The notes under the pieces are model-generated. The model was not told the DNA's origin, searched no databases, and saw nothing but the letters and a program-made list of their open reading frames with translations. From Negaprion brevirostris (Eukaryota), in contig JARDVH010000084.1 in NCBI GenBank assembly GCA_030324005.1, positions 39,949,063 to 40,013,062 on the forward strand: a DNA stretch of 64,000 nt. Direction: 5' to 3'. The position numbers were made by a program, and so were the translations under genes. Of this stretch, positions 44,786 to 56,098 are shown piece after piece. Each line of letters opens with the position of its first letter. Within the stretch, counting starts at the first letter, position 1.

Positions 44786-47756
44786 TAGTAAATTGAGGAA
44801 TCAACCCTCCCTCCAACTGCACCTCCGAACCACGCCGCCGCCCGGAAAAAGACATCAATTGCCTACATGTCCGCACCAAAACCGTCCTCCTTGCAAAGAG
44901 GAATATCCGACCTCTTCTGATGGATACAGTTCAGCTTTCCCAGGGNNNNNNNNNNNNNNNNNNNNNNNNNNNNNNNNNNNNNNNNNNNNNNNNNNNNNNN
45001 NNNNNNNNNNNNNNNNNNNNNNNNNNNNNNNNNNNNNNNNNNNNNCCCAGGGCTGCCTAGTGTCTTAGGAGGAGAACTAAAATACTAAACAGACCTAGAC
45101 ACCAATACAGAAGAATGCCAAAATAAGCAACACAGTCTTGCCAAAACTAGCAAAAAGAATGCCATCAACTAAACCATGACCTTATTATCAGTGAGATAAA
45201 CCACGCTAACTTCTGCCTCTGGCCACACGTAATCTCACGGGCATTGGAAAGCTCGGGATCATACTGAAACATTTAACTTTCCTCAATGAATTCTGCAGTT
45301 CTTGAAGTGAAACGGCCAACTTGCAGCGCTCGGCGATCGTTCCAAGATTAGTAGGTTCTCCTTTATTATTTTATTAAAATAATATGTTTTGATAACACAA
45401 TGGAGTTGGCAAAACCCGGTGACACTGCTAGCACATTAATTCTGGGCAACCAAAAGCGTTAAGTAAATATTCGATACAACAATATTTACATCAATAAACA
45501 CAGAACACACACGAATTTATATAAATAGGCATGGGACTTGGCCGAAAAATTAGCCTAATAAATATACAAATGCTCTGAACCAAATAAAGCAGAATGTAAG
45601 CAAAGTATATTAAATCGAGTTCACCCAGAATGAACTTGTCGCAAATTAGATTTAGATGGCTGTTGTTCTATCCTGCAAGATACTAACTACATCGATATCT
45701 AATCATGCTTATGTAAATCATGCCATAACTAATACAATGATCACAGCTCTAAGCAAATAGTTTGTTTTCAATAATTAAACGTGTATTTTGCAATTATCCA
45801 GGCCAAGCTGTATTCTGAGTTTTGGAACTTTTCCCTACTTGTCCGACACACTATTCTCTTACTCGTTTCAAAAAGACAACTCTTCGGTAATGAAACGAGT
45901 GAACACGAATATTTTCTAGGTAGATTTGATGTGTCACTTCTTACTCGTTACAATACAGAGAAGCAAAATATCATTTGCACTCTCACTAGGAACCTGTCTG
46001 AAGCCTCCATCGTTTCTCCAGCAAATTAATGTAAAAACATAATTTTCTACTATGTTGCATTAAGTCGTCCTGTCAATTAGACAACGTTGCGAAAGATAAG
46101 TTTTGCAGACTGTCCCCATGCTTTTAAATACAACGAAATCCCTAATGCATCACAATTTCGCCTTTGATACTAATACCATTGTGCAAAATTGCTTACCGCA
46201 ATGTATAAATAATGCTTAGAACCATTAATGCAAATGTGTTTTATTTGATCGGAATCCTTACTTTTTTAAATAATGGAACTCATCCCTTCCAACACTTTGA
46301 ATATTGAGATAAGTTGCATGGACTAAACTCTGCCTCCTCTTTAATCATATTCGTGCATCAGGAAAAAATATGCGCATTAGCTGGTTAGGTACAAAGCTGA
46401 AGATATGCTAAGGTATTATATTAACCTGCACTTTCTTTCCCTGAACAATTTGAAACTCGGAAATTCCCACTGTCACAATGCCACCCACTTCAAATGTGTT
46501 TCAAACGGAGTTTGCATAATAAGATGGAGAAAGAGGAAGCAATGTAAGATTGCTGTGTGTTGTCAGACAGACAGTAGAGAGCGCTCTATCAACACTACTG
46601 TGAACTAGCTCTGCTACAGTGAATTCGCCATCTGGAAAACAGGCAGGCTCATGGGACATATGGTTTGGGATCAATGCAAACAACAAAAAAGAAATATATC
46701 CTGGCCTTTGTGACAGATTTAAAAAAACTGACGTTTTGTTTAACTTATTCATCATCAGCTGTTTAACTTAAGTTGTTGATTTTGCAAAAAAAAATAGCCA
46801 TGGCAAACAAATTGAATAATTTTCTCCGCCAAATTAAGCACGTGCATTCTAGCAATCAAACAGAACCTTGTTTTGAGAAAATTATTGATGGAAAGGAATT
46901 GCCCAGTAGCAGAGCAGTTGAGTCATTCAGTTCAAGCCTCTATGCTTATGATCAGAGGTAAAGAATGTGATATGTATACAGTACACTCACATGACTTATA
47001 ATGGAGATACAAGAGCTGGAGAACAAGGACTGTGAGTTTGACATCATAAGCACAGAAAACTCAGCAGTTTTTGGCCATCTAAGTCTTCAGGCATTGAAGG
47101 TAGACTTCAGGAAACAAAAATGGGAAAATAGAGAATTGAATATATTGATGTTGGATTGGTGCTGTTTCAATTATGAGGCCTGTTGTAAACCTATTTATCA
47201 AAACACATTTTTCAAAGTATGTTTGCAAATTCTTTATTTAAACATTTTAAAAGGGATTTGTTTAAACTTTAATTAAAATCAATGTAGCTTTATACATAAC
47301 AACAACGACTACATTTCAAAGGTATGTTATTCGTTATAAAGTGCTTTGGGGTACCCTGAGCTCATGCATCCTGCCTGGTGCTTTGACACAGTTACATGAC
47401 AAAAGGGTTACTTCTCAACCACAAACACAAATGTCAGCAATTGGTGACAGTGGTCCCATTATGAGTCTAAGAGTATACCTTCAATCATTTACTCCATTAT
47501 TGGTTCAGTCTACTTATAATTAGGGGTGTGATATGTATGTATTCATAACTTTGCATTTTGCCAGAAGGTACTAGTCACCATAATTGGTGTATCTTAAACT
47601 TGAGAATGAGCTAAATTGAGCTAAACTGAGAATTAAGAATTGGGTTAAAATTCTACACTTAAATTTTTAATGTAGCTCCATTTTGGATTTTTGAAAAAAT
47701 TAAATGTCTCCCAGAATAGCATGGTGCCTAGAAACAAATTTTATACAAAACTTGAC

Positions 47757-47855
47757 CAAAAACTGGAAATATTGAAAAATCTCAGCAGGTCTGGCAACAT
47801 CTGTGGAGAAAGAACAAAGCTAACATTTCGAGTCTGGATGACCCTTCATCAGAGC
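47757..47855 (-). mobile_element. Single arm of the Penelope-type repeat with the best-preserved hammerhead-like core
   Basis: Minus strand gctCTGATGAagggtcatccagactcGAAAtgttagct...tctccacagatgttgccagacctgctgagatttt. Confidence 0.7.
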
Positions 47856-48236
47856 ATAAGACTTGTTTCTTTCCAGTTTGAAAGGGTGAAGTGACACCAT
47901 CTCAAATCCAATAGCAACGTCAATAATTTATTTCAGTACAATGCAAAGATTATTACTTTTATAAATCTATATTGTGATGGTAAATATCTACACAACGGAA
48001 ATATAACTCTGGACAAATGTTCTGAGTGCAAATAATGTCCATTCTCCCTCCACCATTTCTTTCAGTTTATTATATAATCACCAAAATACTGACATTAAAA
48101 TTTGTTTTCCTGTGAATAATAGAAATCACTCATACATATTGGTATATGTTTTGTCAACCGTGATGTACTATTTATAAAATTAAATAACAGGGGTTGGAAT
48201 TGTCCCATTTTGAGACTAGGTCCTCTGGCAGGACTT

Positions 48237-48482
48237 ACATAAGAACATAAGAAATAGGAGCAGGAGTAGGCCATCTAGCCCTTCGAGCCTGCCCCGCCAT
48301 TCAATAAGNNNNNNNNNNNNNNNNNNNNNNNNNNNNNNNNNNNNNNNNNNNNNNNNNNNNNNNNNNNNNNNNNNNNNNNNNNNNNNNNNNNNNNNNNNNN
48401 NNNNNNNNACACTCGGTTCCCTCCTCCAGATCATCTATATAAATGGTAAATAGCTGAGGCCCCAGCACCGACCCCTGGGGCA
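48237..48482 (-). mobile_element. Relatively young CR1-type LINE (mostly collapsed in an assembly gap)
   Basis: Minus ORF PQGSVLGPQLFTIYIDDLEEGTEC; 3' tail (acataaga)n aataggagcaggagtaggccatc. Confidence 0.9.
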
Positions 48483-49449
48483 CTTGTACAATGTGTCATG
48501 CTGTCGACAGGAAAACATAGCAAATCTTCGAGCGCAAACTCATTAATTATGAACCCAGGTGCTTTTTACCATATTTCATGTGAGGCAGAAGGGATCACAT
48601 GTAGTCTACGATCCTACCTGGGCGCCATTATGAAAAGGCACCCAACATCACTGATCCGCTATTGAAGAAAAAAATTGGATCTGAAAATGAAGATAGATCT
48701 TCAGGTGTACTCTGCGGCTAGAAGATGGACCACCTGAGAGAAAAGATAAATCTCCAGGAATATTCCGAATCTGGAAGTTGGGCCCCCTGCAAGACACCTA
48801 ATCTGGAAGGTCCACATGAAGACGCTTCTCTGATCTACTGAGCTGGTGTTCTGGAATCTATGGTTGCTGTCGGCCTCCATCTGGAACTCCAGAGGCAACC
48901 TCTTACATTGTTCGGATGAGTCCCTATATTGTTCCAGATGTGTTTCATGTCAGTGTGTTTTCCCAGCAACATTGTGCAGAATCAGGCAGATGGTGTTGGG
49001 TCTTCATCTGCATCCCATTAATGGAATGCAAGTTGGTTTCACATCAGTCTCTGGCGACTTTTGGGAACCAGCGGAACATCCTGCTGTAAATTCATGCGGT
49101 GTAAAAATGATTTTTGGGTCTCACACCATATTCTCCCTCAGCTCTTGCTATCAAACTCGCCGGTGGGGGTGTGGGAGAATTCCATCCAGTGTCTCAGTAC
49201 TCAACCAAGTCTAAATCTGAATTTAGCAGTGAAACCTTTTCAATACTGTTTGGAGTTTGGGAATTGAAACTTTCTTATTTTGCAAGCAGTCTTGATTTCT
49301 CTCTGTCTGCTGTTGGTTCCAAGTCTATTGATTATCAACTTATTGTACTCCTTTCAACTTCCTAAACTTATCCCTATTTATGCCTTTTCAATTCCTAATG
49401 GGTCTTTTCATCATTTATACTCCATTCTGCCTATTTGCATGTTCNNNNN

Positions 49450-51430
49450 NNNNNCTGCCTTTCAGGTCTTAAACCTCCTCTCTTGTTGAATCCATCCTCA
49501 CCCACAATGAGCTTATGGTTTTCCTTCCAGCTGAAATTGTGATCATCCACTTTACAGTTTCTTCTGCACTATACTTCTCCTAAAGTTCCCCTGTGCTGAG
49601 CCTTAAATATGCATCTCTTTCTGTAGTTCCTCTTCTATCACCCCTCATGCACTCTCTAAACTCATCCACTTGTGACTTTCACAATGCTATTCCCACAAAA
49701 CTCCTAACCACTCACATCCCTCTGAGGCCCTTATGTTAGTCGATATTGCTATAGCAAATTGTTCTATCTCCCACAGGTCCTGTCATCTTCACTCTTTAAC
49801 CCCCACCCACCCCCTGACCCTCAAAAAAATCTACCCTTGAATCCTCTGACTTAAGAACCTATCATCAAACCTCCACTCACTTTTTCCTCCCCAATGATAT
49901 TGAATGTATCTTCCAAACTGGTACTCATCTTACATGTAACTCCATGCTTTAACCCCTCTAATCATTTTTCTGCTCTAAAACTGCATTGAAACAGTTCCAT
50001 TCAAAGTCATCAATGGCACCATCTGTAACCTCTGGATTGCTATGATGTACCCCTTCTGCAAACCTCTATGCAGTTTTGTCACACATCCTTCTACAACACC
50101 TTACTGTTTTTAGCTGACTGGGACTGCCATGTGTCTTCTCATTTTTACCTATCCAAGTGCATCAAAGTAATCTTTTCCAGTTTTTTCTCTTCCTGTCCCC
50201 AGAGTGTTATTTCTGAAAGTTTCCAAAAATCAATCCTTGATCCCTTCTATTTCTTATTGACAATCTGCCCCTTGACACTAACAGCCTCACGTACCTTATG
50301 ACATCTAGCTCTAACTCATAGATATCTATCTAAGTTCTTTCTTTGCCTTTGTATTGTCAGACTACTTGCCTATCATCCAGTTCTTAATGGGATAAAATTT
50401 TCCCCAATTAAATACTGGGATGACCAAAACTGTTGTATTAATTCCCAGTTAGAAACTGTATTCTCTTGCTACTATTTCATTTCCTTCCCAGGCCTCAGTA
50501 TTAGACTGTTTGAAATCATTTTTGATCCTGAACTGAGCTTCCAGCTGAGCTTAACATAACCATATCCTACCATCACAAAGACTGCTGACATCCACCTCCA
50601 TAATATTCCCTGTCCCTACCCCTGCCTTAGCTTATCTGCTGTTGAAAATCTCATCTGTACTTTGTCATCAGTAGACTCAAGTAATCAATATCTTTTCTGT
50701 CCTGCCGTCTATTTTCCACATATTTGAAATAACCCAAAATGATGCTGTCCATATCCTAATCTCATAAGAACATAAGAACATAAGAAATAGGAGCAGGAGT
50801 AGGCCATCTAGCCCTTTGAGCCTGCCCCGCCATTCAANNNNNNNNNNNNNNNNNNNNNNNNNNNNNNNNNNNNNNNNNNNNNNNNNNNNNNNNNNNNNNN
50901 NNNNNNNNNNNNNNNNNNNNNNNNNNNNNNNNNNNNNTATTCAGCCTCTCCTCATAGCTCAACCCCCTCAACTCCGGTATCAGCCTAGTAAACCTCCTCT
51001 GCACTCCCTCCAAGTCCCTATGCTTGCTGACCTGCAATGGTACTCAGTCCATTAATGCTTTGATTTTAAAACGTTCATCCTTGCGTTGAATTCCATCCTT
51101 AACTCTGCATAGTTGTCCAGCCCTGCCACCATCCAAGAGCTCTGCATTTCTCTAACTCTAGTTTCTTGTTTATCCTCCAATCCCTTTGCCTCCCCACATG
51201 GCTGGATGTGCCTTCAGCCATCTGTGGCTTAATTTCTGGAATTACTTTCTTAAGGCTTTACTATTCTCTTGTCCTTTAAGATTTATTTTAGAATTATCTC
51301 TTCAGTCAGTCTTTCATCCACCAGCCCTAGTATTTCCTTCTTTCGTTCGGTGTCAACTGTTGTTATATTACACTCCTGTGCAGCAACTTGGGATATTTAA
51401 CCTATTAAAGCTAGTATATGAATGTGAGTT
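49450..51430 (+). mobile_element. Highly degenerate L2-clade LINE (RT region to 3' end)
   Basis: Eroded motifs LDPSDLKNY.. (~49836), ETxLxKVxND (~49988), GTALxxFxSYLS (~50120), SILxPLLF (~50230) and an L2 C-terminal region similar to 8.0-8.8 kb. Confidence 0.7.
50764..51012 (-). mobile_element. CR1-type LINE 3' end nested in the L2 copy
   Basis: Minus ORF LEGVQRRFTRLIPELRGLSYEERL; the tail is nearly identical to 48237-48308. Confidence 0.9.
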
Positions 51431-53167
51431 CCAGTGATCCATTTTTGTCTTTTCCTTTGAGTAAATACATCTCCCACTTTATTTGTTTGATAAGGCATGC
51501 TGATGGTCTTCAGCATTCCCTAGTCTTTAAAGTGCTATTTTTCCCACAACGAGAACAACTACACAATTCTGGCTTTCTCATTAGCAAATTGCCACTCATT
51601 TTGCAATTTTTGCTTACATGCACTGAGTTTTACTTTCAGTTTGCATATGATTTGACTGTGGGCCCACACCTCAATATCATCTACTAGGATTTGTAGCTTT
51701 TTCCCAAACCTTGTTTGCTGTTCTGCTGCCAATCACCTTTGGATCTCAGTATCATTTTTAGCATAAAGTACATCCTTTTTGCAGGGTGTGGAACTGGACA
51801 AAATGATAATCAGCTTACTGTCTCTGAATTTTCTTTCTGTTAGGGTCATATTTCTTTGAGCTATTTTTTCCAGCTATCATATTCATAGCATTCATATGTC
51901 CATGGGTGAAATTATATGATGTTTTGGAGGATTGTTACTGTGTCATGTCTGGTGTGATATACATTGTAGGTGTTAACATAATATTGTCATATTTGCATAT
52001 TAGATGTTAGCTCTCACAGTGCGAAGTCTCACAGGCTGCATTCCATTCTCTGATTGTTTTCTGCAGTTGGTATTGAAGCAAAACCATCCATTGTCGATTG
52101 TTTCTGCCGAATGCAAAGCTTAATTGTATAATTATTTACTTGTGGCTAGTTTATTTTTCTTATATCAAAGATGGTAGCTGTTTTCATTTTTATAAGACAC
52201 AAGTATTTCTGCATGTGATTTAAAAGTCACATATTGTATCTTTGTTTTTATATCGTATTTTAACATGACTTTATTTATAGCCAAAAAGCAAAAGTTAAAA
52301 GGAGAGAAGTAAAGTTGATTGGAGTACACAGCTTCTGATAAGCTGGAGATGTCAACTGGGGGCACTGGAGTATCACCACTGGTGGTAGAGTGTAACTACA
52401 GTACGGCGTGCTTTCATGGGCAATCTCAATTAAAATGTGGTCATAGGAATTTATGTAATGGGAAAATATAACATGAGCCATATGTCAGTGTAGAATTTGA
52501 ATATATCAAATATTGATGGTCTGTGGTTGCACCCAATAAATCAGACAATGTGACCTCGCTTAGCTGACTGCTTTACATTGCCTTTTTTGTGTTCTTTTCC
52601 CCTTTTTTCTCTTCTCTGGTTCTGACAATTTTTCTTTTCTTTCCTGCTTTTCTTTGTTTAGCTCTTCATTTTGGTTTTCTCTCTGTCTTTTCCTTTTATT
52701 TGGGATGGGAGATGATGGATAATTTAAAACAGTGCGATAAGGAACAATTCACCAAGAGCTTCTGGCTACATTTAGGGTGCGGGTTGTGGAGGGGAATGGA
52801 GTTCCATTCTCATTTCTTTCTCCATGTTTTCTGTCACTGCTACCATCCCCAGTCACTTGCTCCACTCTTCCTCACTCTCCACAAGGGCAGCTGCCAAATT
52901 TCTAAAGGACCCCTTTCACCCTCAACAAAGTTCTTTCTCCATTTCCACTGCTCATTCTACTCTTCCTTCCTATATGCTTTTCTCAGAGGCTTTGTTTACC
53001 TTCAAAATCCAACAACTTTAAAAAAAAACAAATCTGAATGGGTGAGGGCAGAAACTGCCCACTTTGTTTTTGACTTGGGTCCTTCCCTTTCTATCCATTC
53101 CTCTCTATCCGTCCAGCTGTTAGACATTAAAATCTCTGTCTCAAAAGTGCAGTTATCACTGACCTCT

Positions 53168-53462
53168 GTAGAATCATAGGGGTGAATTTTACCATCCCAC
53201 CTGCCATGGGAATCAGGGCAGGCAAGGGGTGGACTATGGAAAGGCTTGATGACCTTAGGCGGGTTATCCGGTTTTGGGGAGAGCGAGGCCAGAAAATCCC
53301 ACCCATAGAGTTACCATAGAACTCCTACAATACAGAAAGACAGTCAGCCCATCAGTTTGCACTGACTCTCCATCAGAGCATCTTACCCAGGCTCACCCTC
53401 CCCACAGTCACCCAAAGTCAGAATTGAACTGGGTACCCTCTGTGCTAATCACTGTGCCACCA
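53168..53462 (-). mobile_element. Internally deleted HE1-like SINE with a ~126-bp MITE (53179-53304) inserted in its tail
   Basis: SINE head (gtggcacagtgattagcaca...cccagttcaattc) and tail (catagaa..cctaca..acagaa). The insert is bounded by ggggtgaatttt / aaaatcccaccc with ATA on both sides. Confidence 0.6.
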
Positions 53463-53614
53463 CTGTCAACAACAACGATACAACAGGTAATGAGGAAAAC
53501 ACACCAGCACATTTTATTAACTTGCAGGAACCTCATTTGAAGAAAAATGTATTTACGTAGCCCCCCTTAAACCATCCCGTTCTTTTGTTTCATTTTCTAA
53601 AGTTTAATGGAAAG

Positions 53615-53850
53615 AAGACTTGCATTATTTTAGGACATCCTAAAGCTCTTCACAGGCAGTTAGCACTTCTGAAATGCCATCCCCATTATGATGTACAGTA
53701 AGAAGCCTCACAGTACGAGGTTAAATTCCAAAAGGTTGGACTTTAACTTAGTCCAGCTGATTGGACTTTAACCTGGTGTTGTGATACTTCTAATGGTGCC
53801 CACCCCAGTCCAATGCTGGCATCTGCACCTAATTTTAATGTAGGAATGAA
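53615..53850. mobile_element. Deu-SINE/L2-type tail fragment interrupted by a palindromic repeat (53696-53830)
   Basis: Inverted arms agtaagaag.ctcaca...aggttaaa.tccaa / ttggactttaacctggtgttgtgatacttcta, ending ccccagtccaatgctggcatc. Confidence 0.55.
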
Positions 53851-54381
53851 AATCATAGACTCAAAAGGAAAAGCAACAACAGGTTTGCAACTAGATTCCT
53901 GTCATTTTTACCCCTCTCATATGCACACATAGCCTCTCTGTGAATTTTTGCTAAAAGTTTTACTTGAATTTTATCACAGTGAAGCTTTTGATATTTTTCT
54001 ATAGGATTTCTCCAAACAAAGAAATTCTTCAGTATGACTGGCTGAAGGGTACTCCAGGGAAATTATGTGCACTGCATATGCTCAGACTGCGCAATCCAAA
54101 TTCACCTCACACAGCCACAGCCCTGGGCAAAAATACCAACTGCAGGCCCTGAGTTTTGGAAGAGGCTGAGACCATCAAGTCAAAAGTTTCATCAATGTTT
54201 AATGAACACAAATGACAACTCAGTGGTATGGTTTGCAAAATATGCATTTAAAATATTTTGGTTTGGTTAAACACTTATTTTGGGATTAATAATTTCTACT
54301 TTGAGGAAAAAAAACAGTGAAAAGTTATATTTTCATAAAAAAGGCTGAGGGAATTCTTGGACCTGAGGAACTGGATTGAGC

Positions 54382-54450
54382 AATTAATATGAGGTGATTA
54401 GATTAGTAATTTACATTATAAATTACTAACCTAATCACCTCACATTAATT
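54382..54450. repeat. Near-perfect inverted repeat (32-bp arms, 5-nt loop)
   Basis: 54382-54413 versus 54419-54450; 30 of 32 positions complementary. Confidence 0.95.
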
Positions 54451-54617
54451 ATATCATAAATGTAGATACAGGAATATATGAGGGAAATAGTTGACAGTAA
54501 ATGTGACACAAAAATTGGAAGGCAAAAGGTGATGATAGGAAGTCTGCGTAACCTAACAGATTAAATATATCATTTTCAACCTCTGGTGGCTCTGCTAAAA
54601 CAGGAATTAAGAATGTG

Positions 54618-54905
54618 GGTTGCATGGTGGCTAGCATTGCTGCCTCACAGCACGAGAGACCTGGGTTCAATTCCTGTCTTGGGTCACTGTCTGTGTGTTT
54701 GATGTTTTCCCTGTGTCTGTGAGGGTTTCCTTCGGGTGCTCTGGTTTTCTCCCACAGTCTGAAAGACGTGGTTGAGTGCAATGGCCATGCTAAATTCTCC
54801 TTCAGTGTACCTGGCCAGCCGCTACAGTGTGCTGACTAGAGGATTTTCACAGTAACTCCATCGCAGTGTTAATGTAAACCTACTTGTGACACTAATAAAT
54901 AAACT
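54618..54905 (+). mobile_element. tRNA-derived V-SINE with a non-CR1 3' tail
   Basis: Head tagcattgctgcctcacagc...ctgggttcaattcc, V-domain gggtttcc.tcgggtgctc.ggttt.ctcccaca, tail cagtgttaatgtaaacctacttgtgacactaataaataaac. Confidence 0.8.
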
Positions 54906-54929
54906 CAAACTTAACCTTCAGGTGAAGCA

Positions 54930-54980
54930 GGATTAGAGAATGGGGATAATTGGGATTAGAGACTGGGGATAATTGGGATT
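54930..54980. repeat. 23-bp tandem duplication
   Basis: ggattagaga(a/c)tggggataattg repeated about 2.2 times. Confidence 0.85.
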
Positions 54981-55264
54981 TGATTCTCATTTTGAAGTAA
55001 TATATCCTTTCCTGCCTTATATATTTCTATGTTGATTTTCTATGCCCATATCTGTAATTGAAAGTGCATACTTTAAGTTATCATGCTCCTTCCACAGCTA
55101 ATCTTGCTCCACCCTGGGAATTATACCTGTGAGAGGCCAAAGATAAATTAAAAAAAGCTAGGAAAACAAAAAAAATAGAAAATTATTCTCCAAGCTCTAT
55201 AAATCCTTGTCACTGTTAACCCACTTAGCTTTAGACAATGAGGTGTAGTACATTACTGATATAT

Positions 55265-56098
55265 TGGGTGGAATTTTGTCTCCCCTGCTGTGAGAGGTAT
55301 AAAAGCGGGTGGCATGTTTGGGGGCATTATGCTTGTTGCCTACCCACTGTTGCTGGTATTTTAGCAGAGGTTGAGGTACATCAGGTGGTCCATCCACCCT
55401 TTGGCTAATTGAGCCCCTTAAGTGGTCAGTTAATGGTCAGTTAGTGGCGGGGACGTGTGGGAGGGGAAGAACCATATGGCAAGGCAGAAAGCTGAAATCA
55501 GGCAACATTGTTGTGAGCTGGGGGGCTCCACCTGTTCAGGCACCCTGTGTCCAATGGAGGGATGGTCCTCGCAGCAAGTACTGCCACTGCTTATCCATGC
55601 CCCTTTTCTTCTTGATTGCCATGCCTTCTTATTCCAACTCCCCCCACCCCTCACCCCTGACCCCTTGCCGGGATCCATCTAACTGTCCCAGTGGAACTGG
55701 CCCATCTGATTATCCAACCCACATCACTGTTTTTCTTTTCAGAGACTGACAGCAGTCCAGCAGTGAGTATCACNNNNNNNNNNAGTTGGTATTTTACCCT
55801 TCTGTGTGTCCCCTCACTCCGCCCTCCTGTACCCAGGCCTGACTTGTCTGGATGCTCAAACCCAGTGATGGTTTTCATTGGGGACTGGATGGAGTGCTAA
55901 GAGTAGCCTCCATTGCCAGAGCTGGAGCTAGCGAATTTGATTAACCCATTTGCTTTGTCAACAATTCTTGGTTTGGGGCTCCTGCCCAGGTGGGAGTAGA
56001 AGTGCAGCCCTGGGCCAATTAACAGCCTGAGGGCCCTGGAATTGGCTTGGGTTTTTATCCTCACATGGGACTACCATATCTGCATAAAATTCCACCCA
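55265..56098. mobile_element. Non-autonomous DNA transposon (MITE), ~830 bp
   Basis: Perfect 13-bp TIRs tgggtggaatttt (55265-55277) and aaaattccaccca (56086-56098) around a GC-richer non-coding interior. Confidence 0.75.

Noticed and set aside
44790-45230. GC-rich segment around a gap, possibly a LINE end
   Set aside because: Could not assign a family or boundaries from the sequence alone.
52589-53179. 196-aa hydrophobic ORF
   Set aside because: Phe/Leu/Ser bias comes from a pyrimidine-rich tract; no domain recognised.
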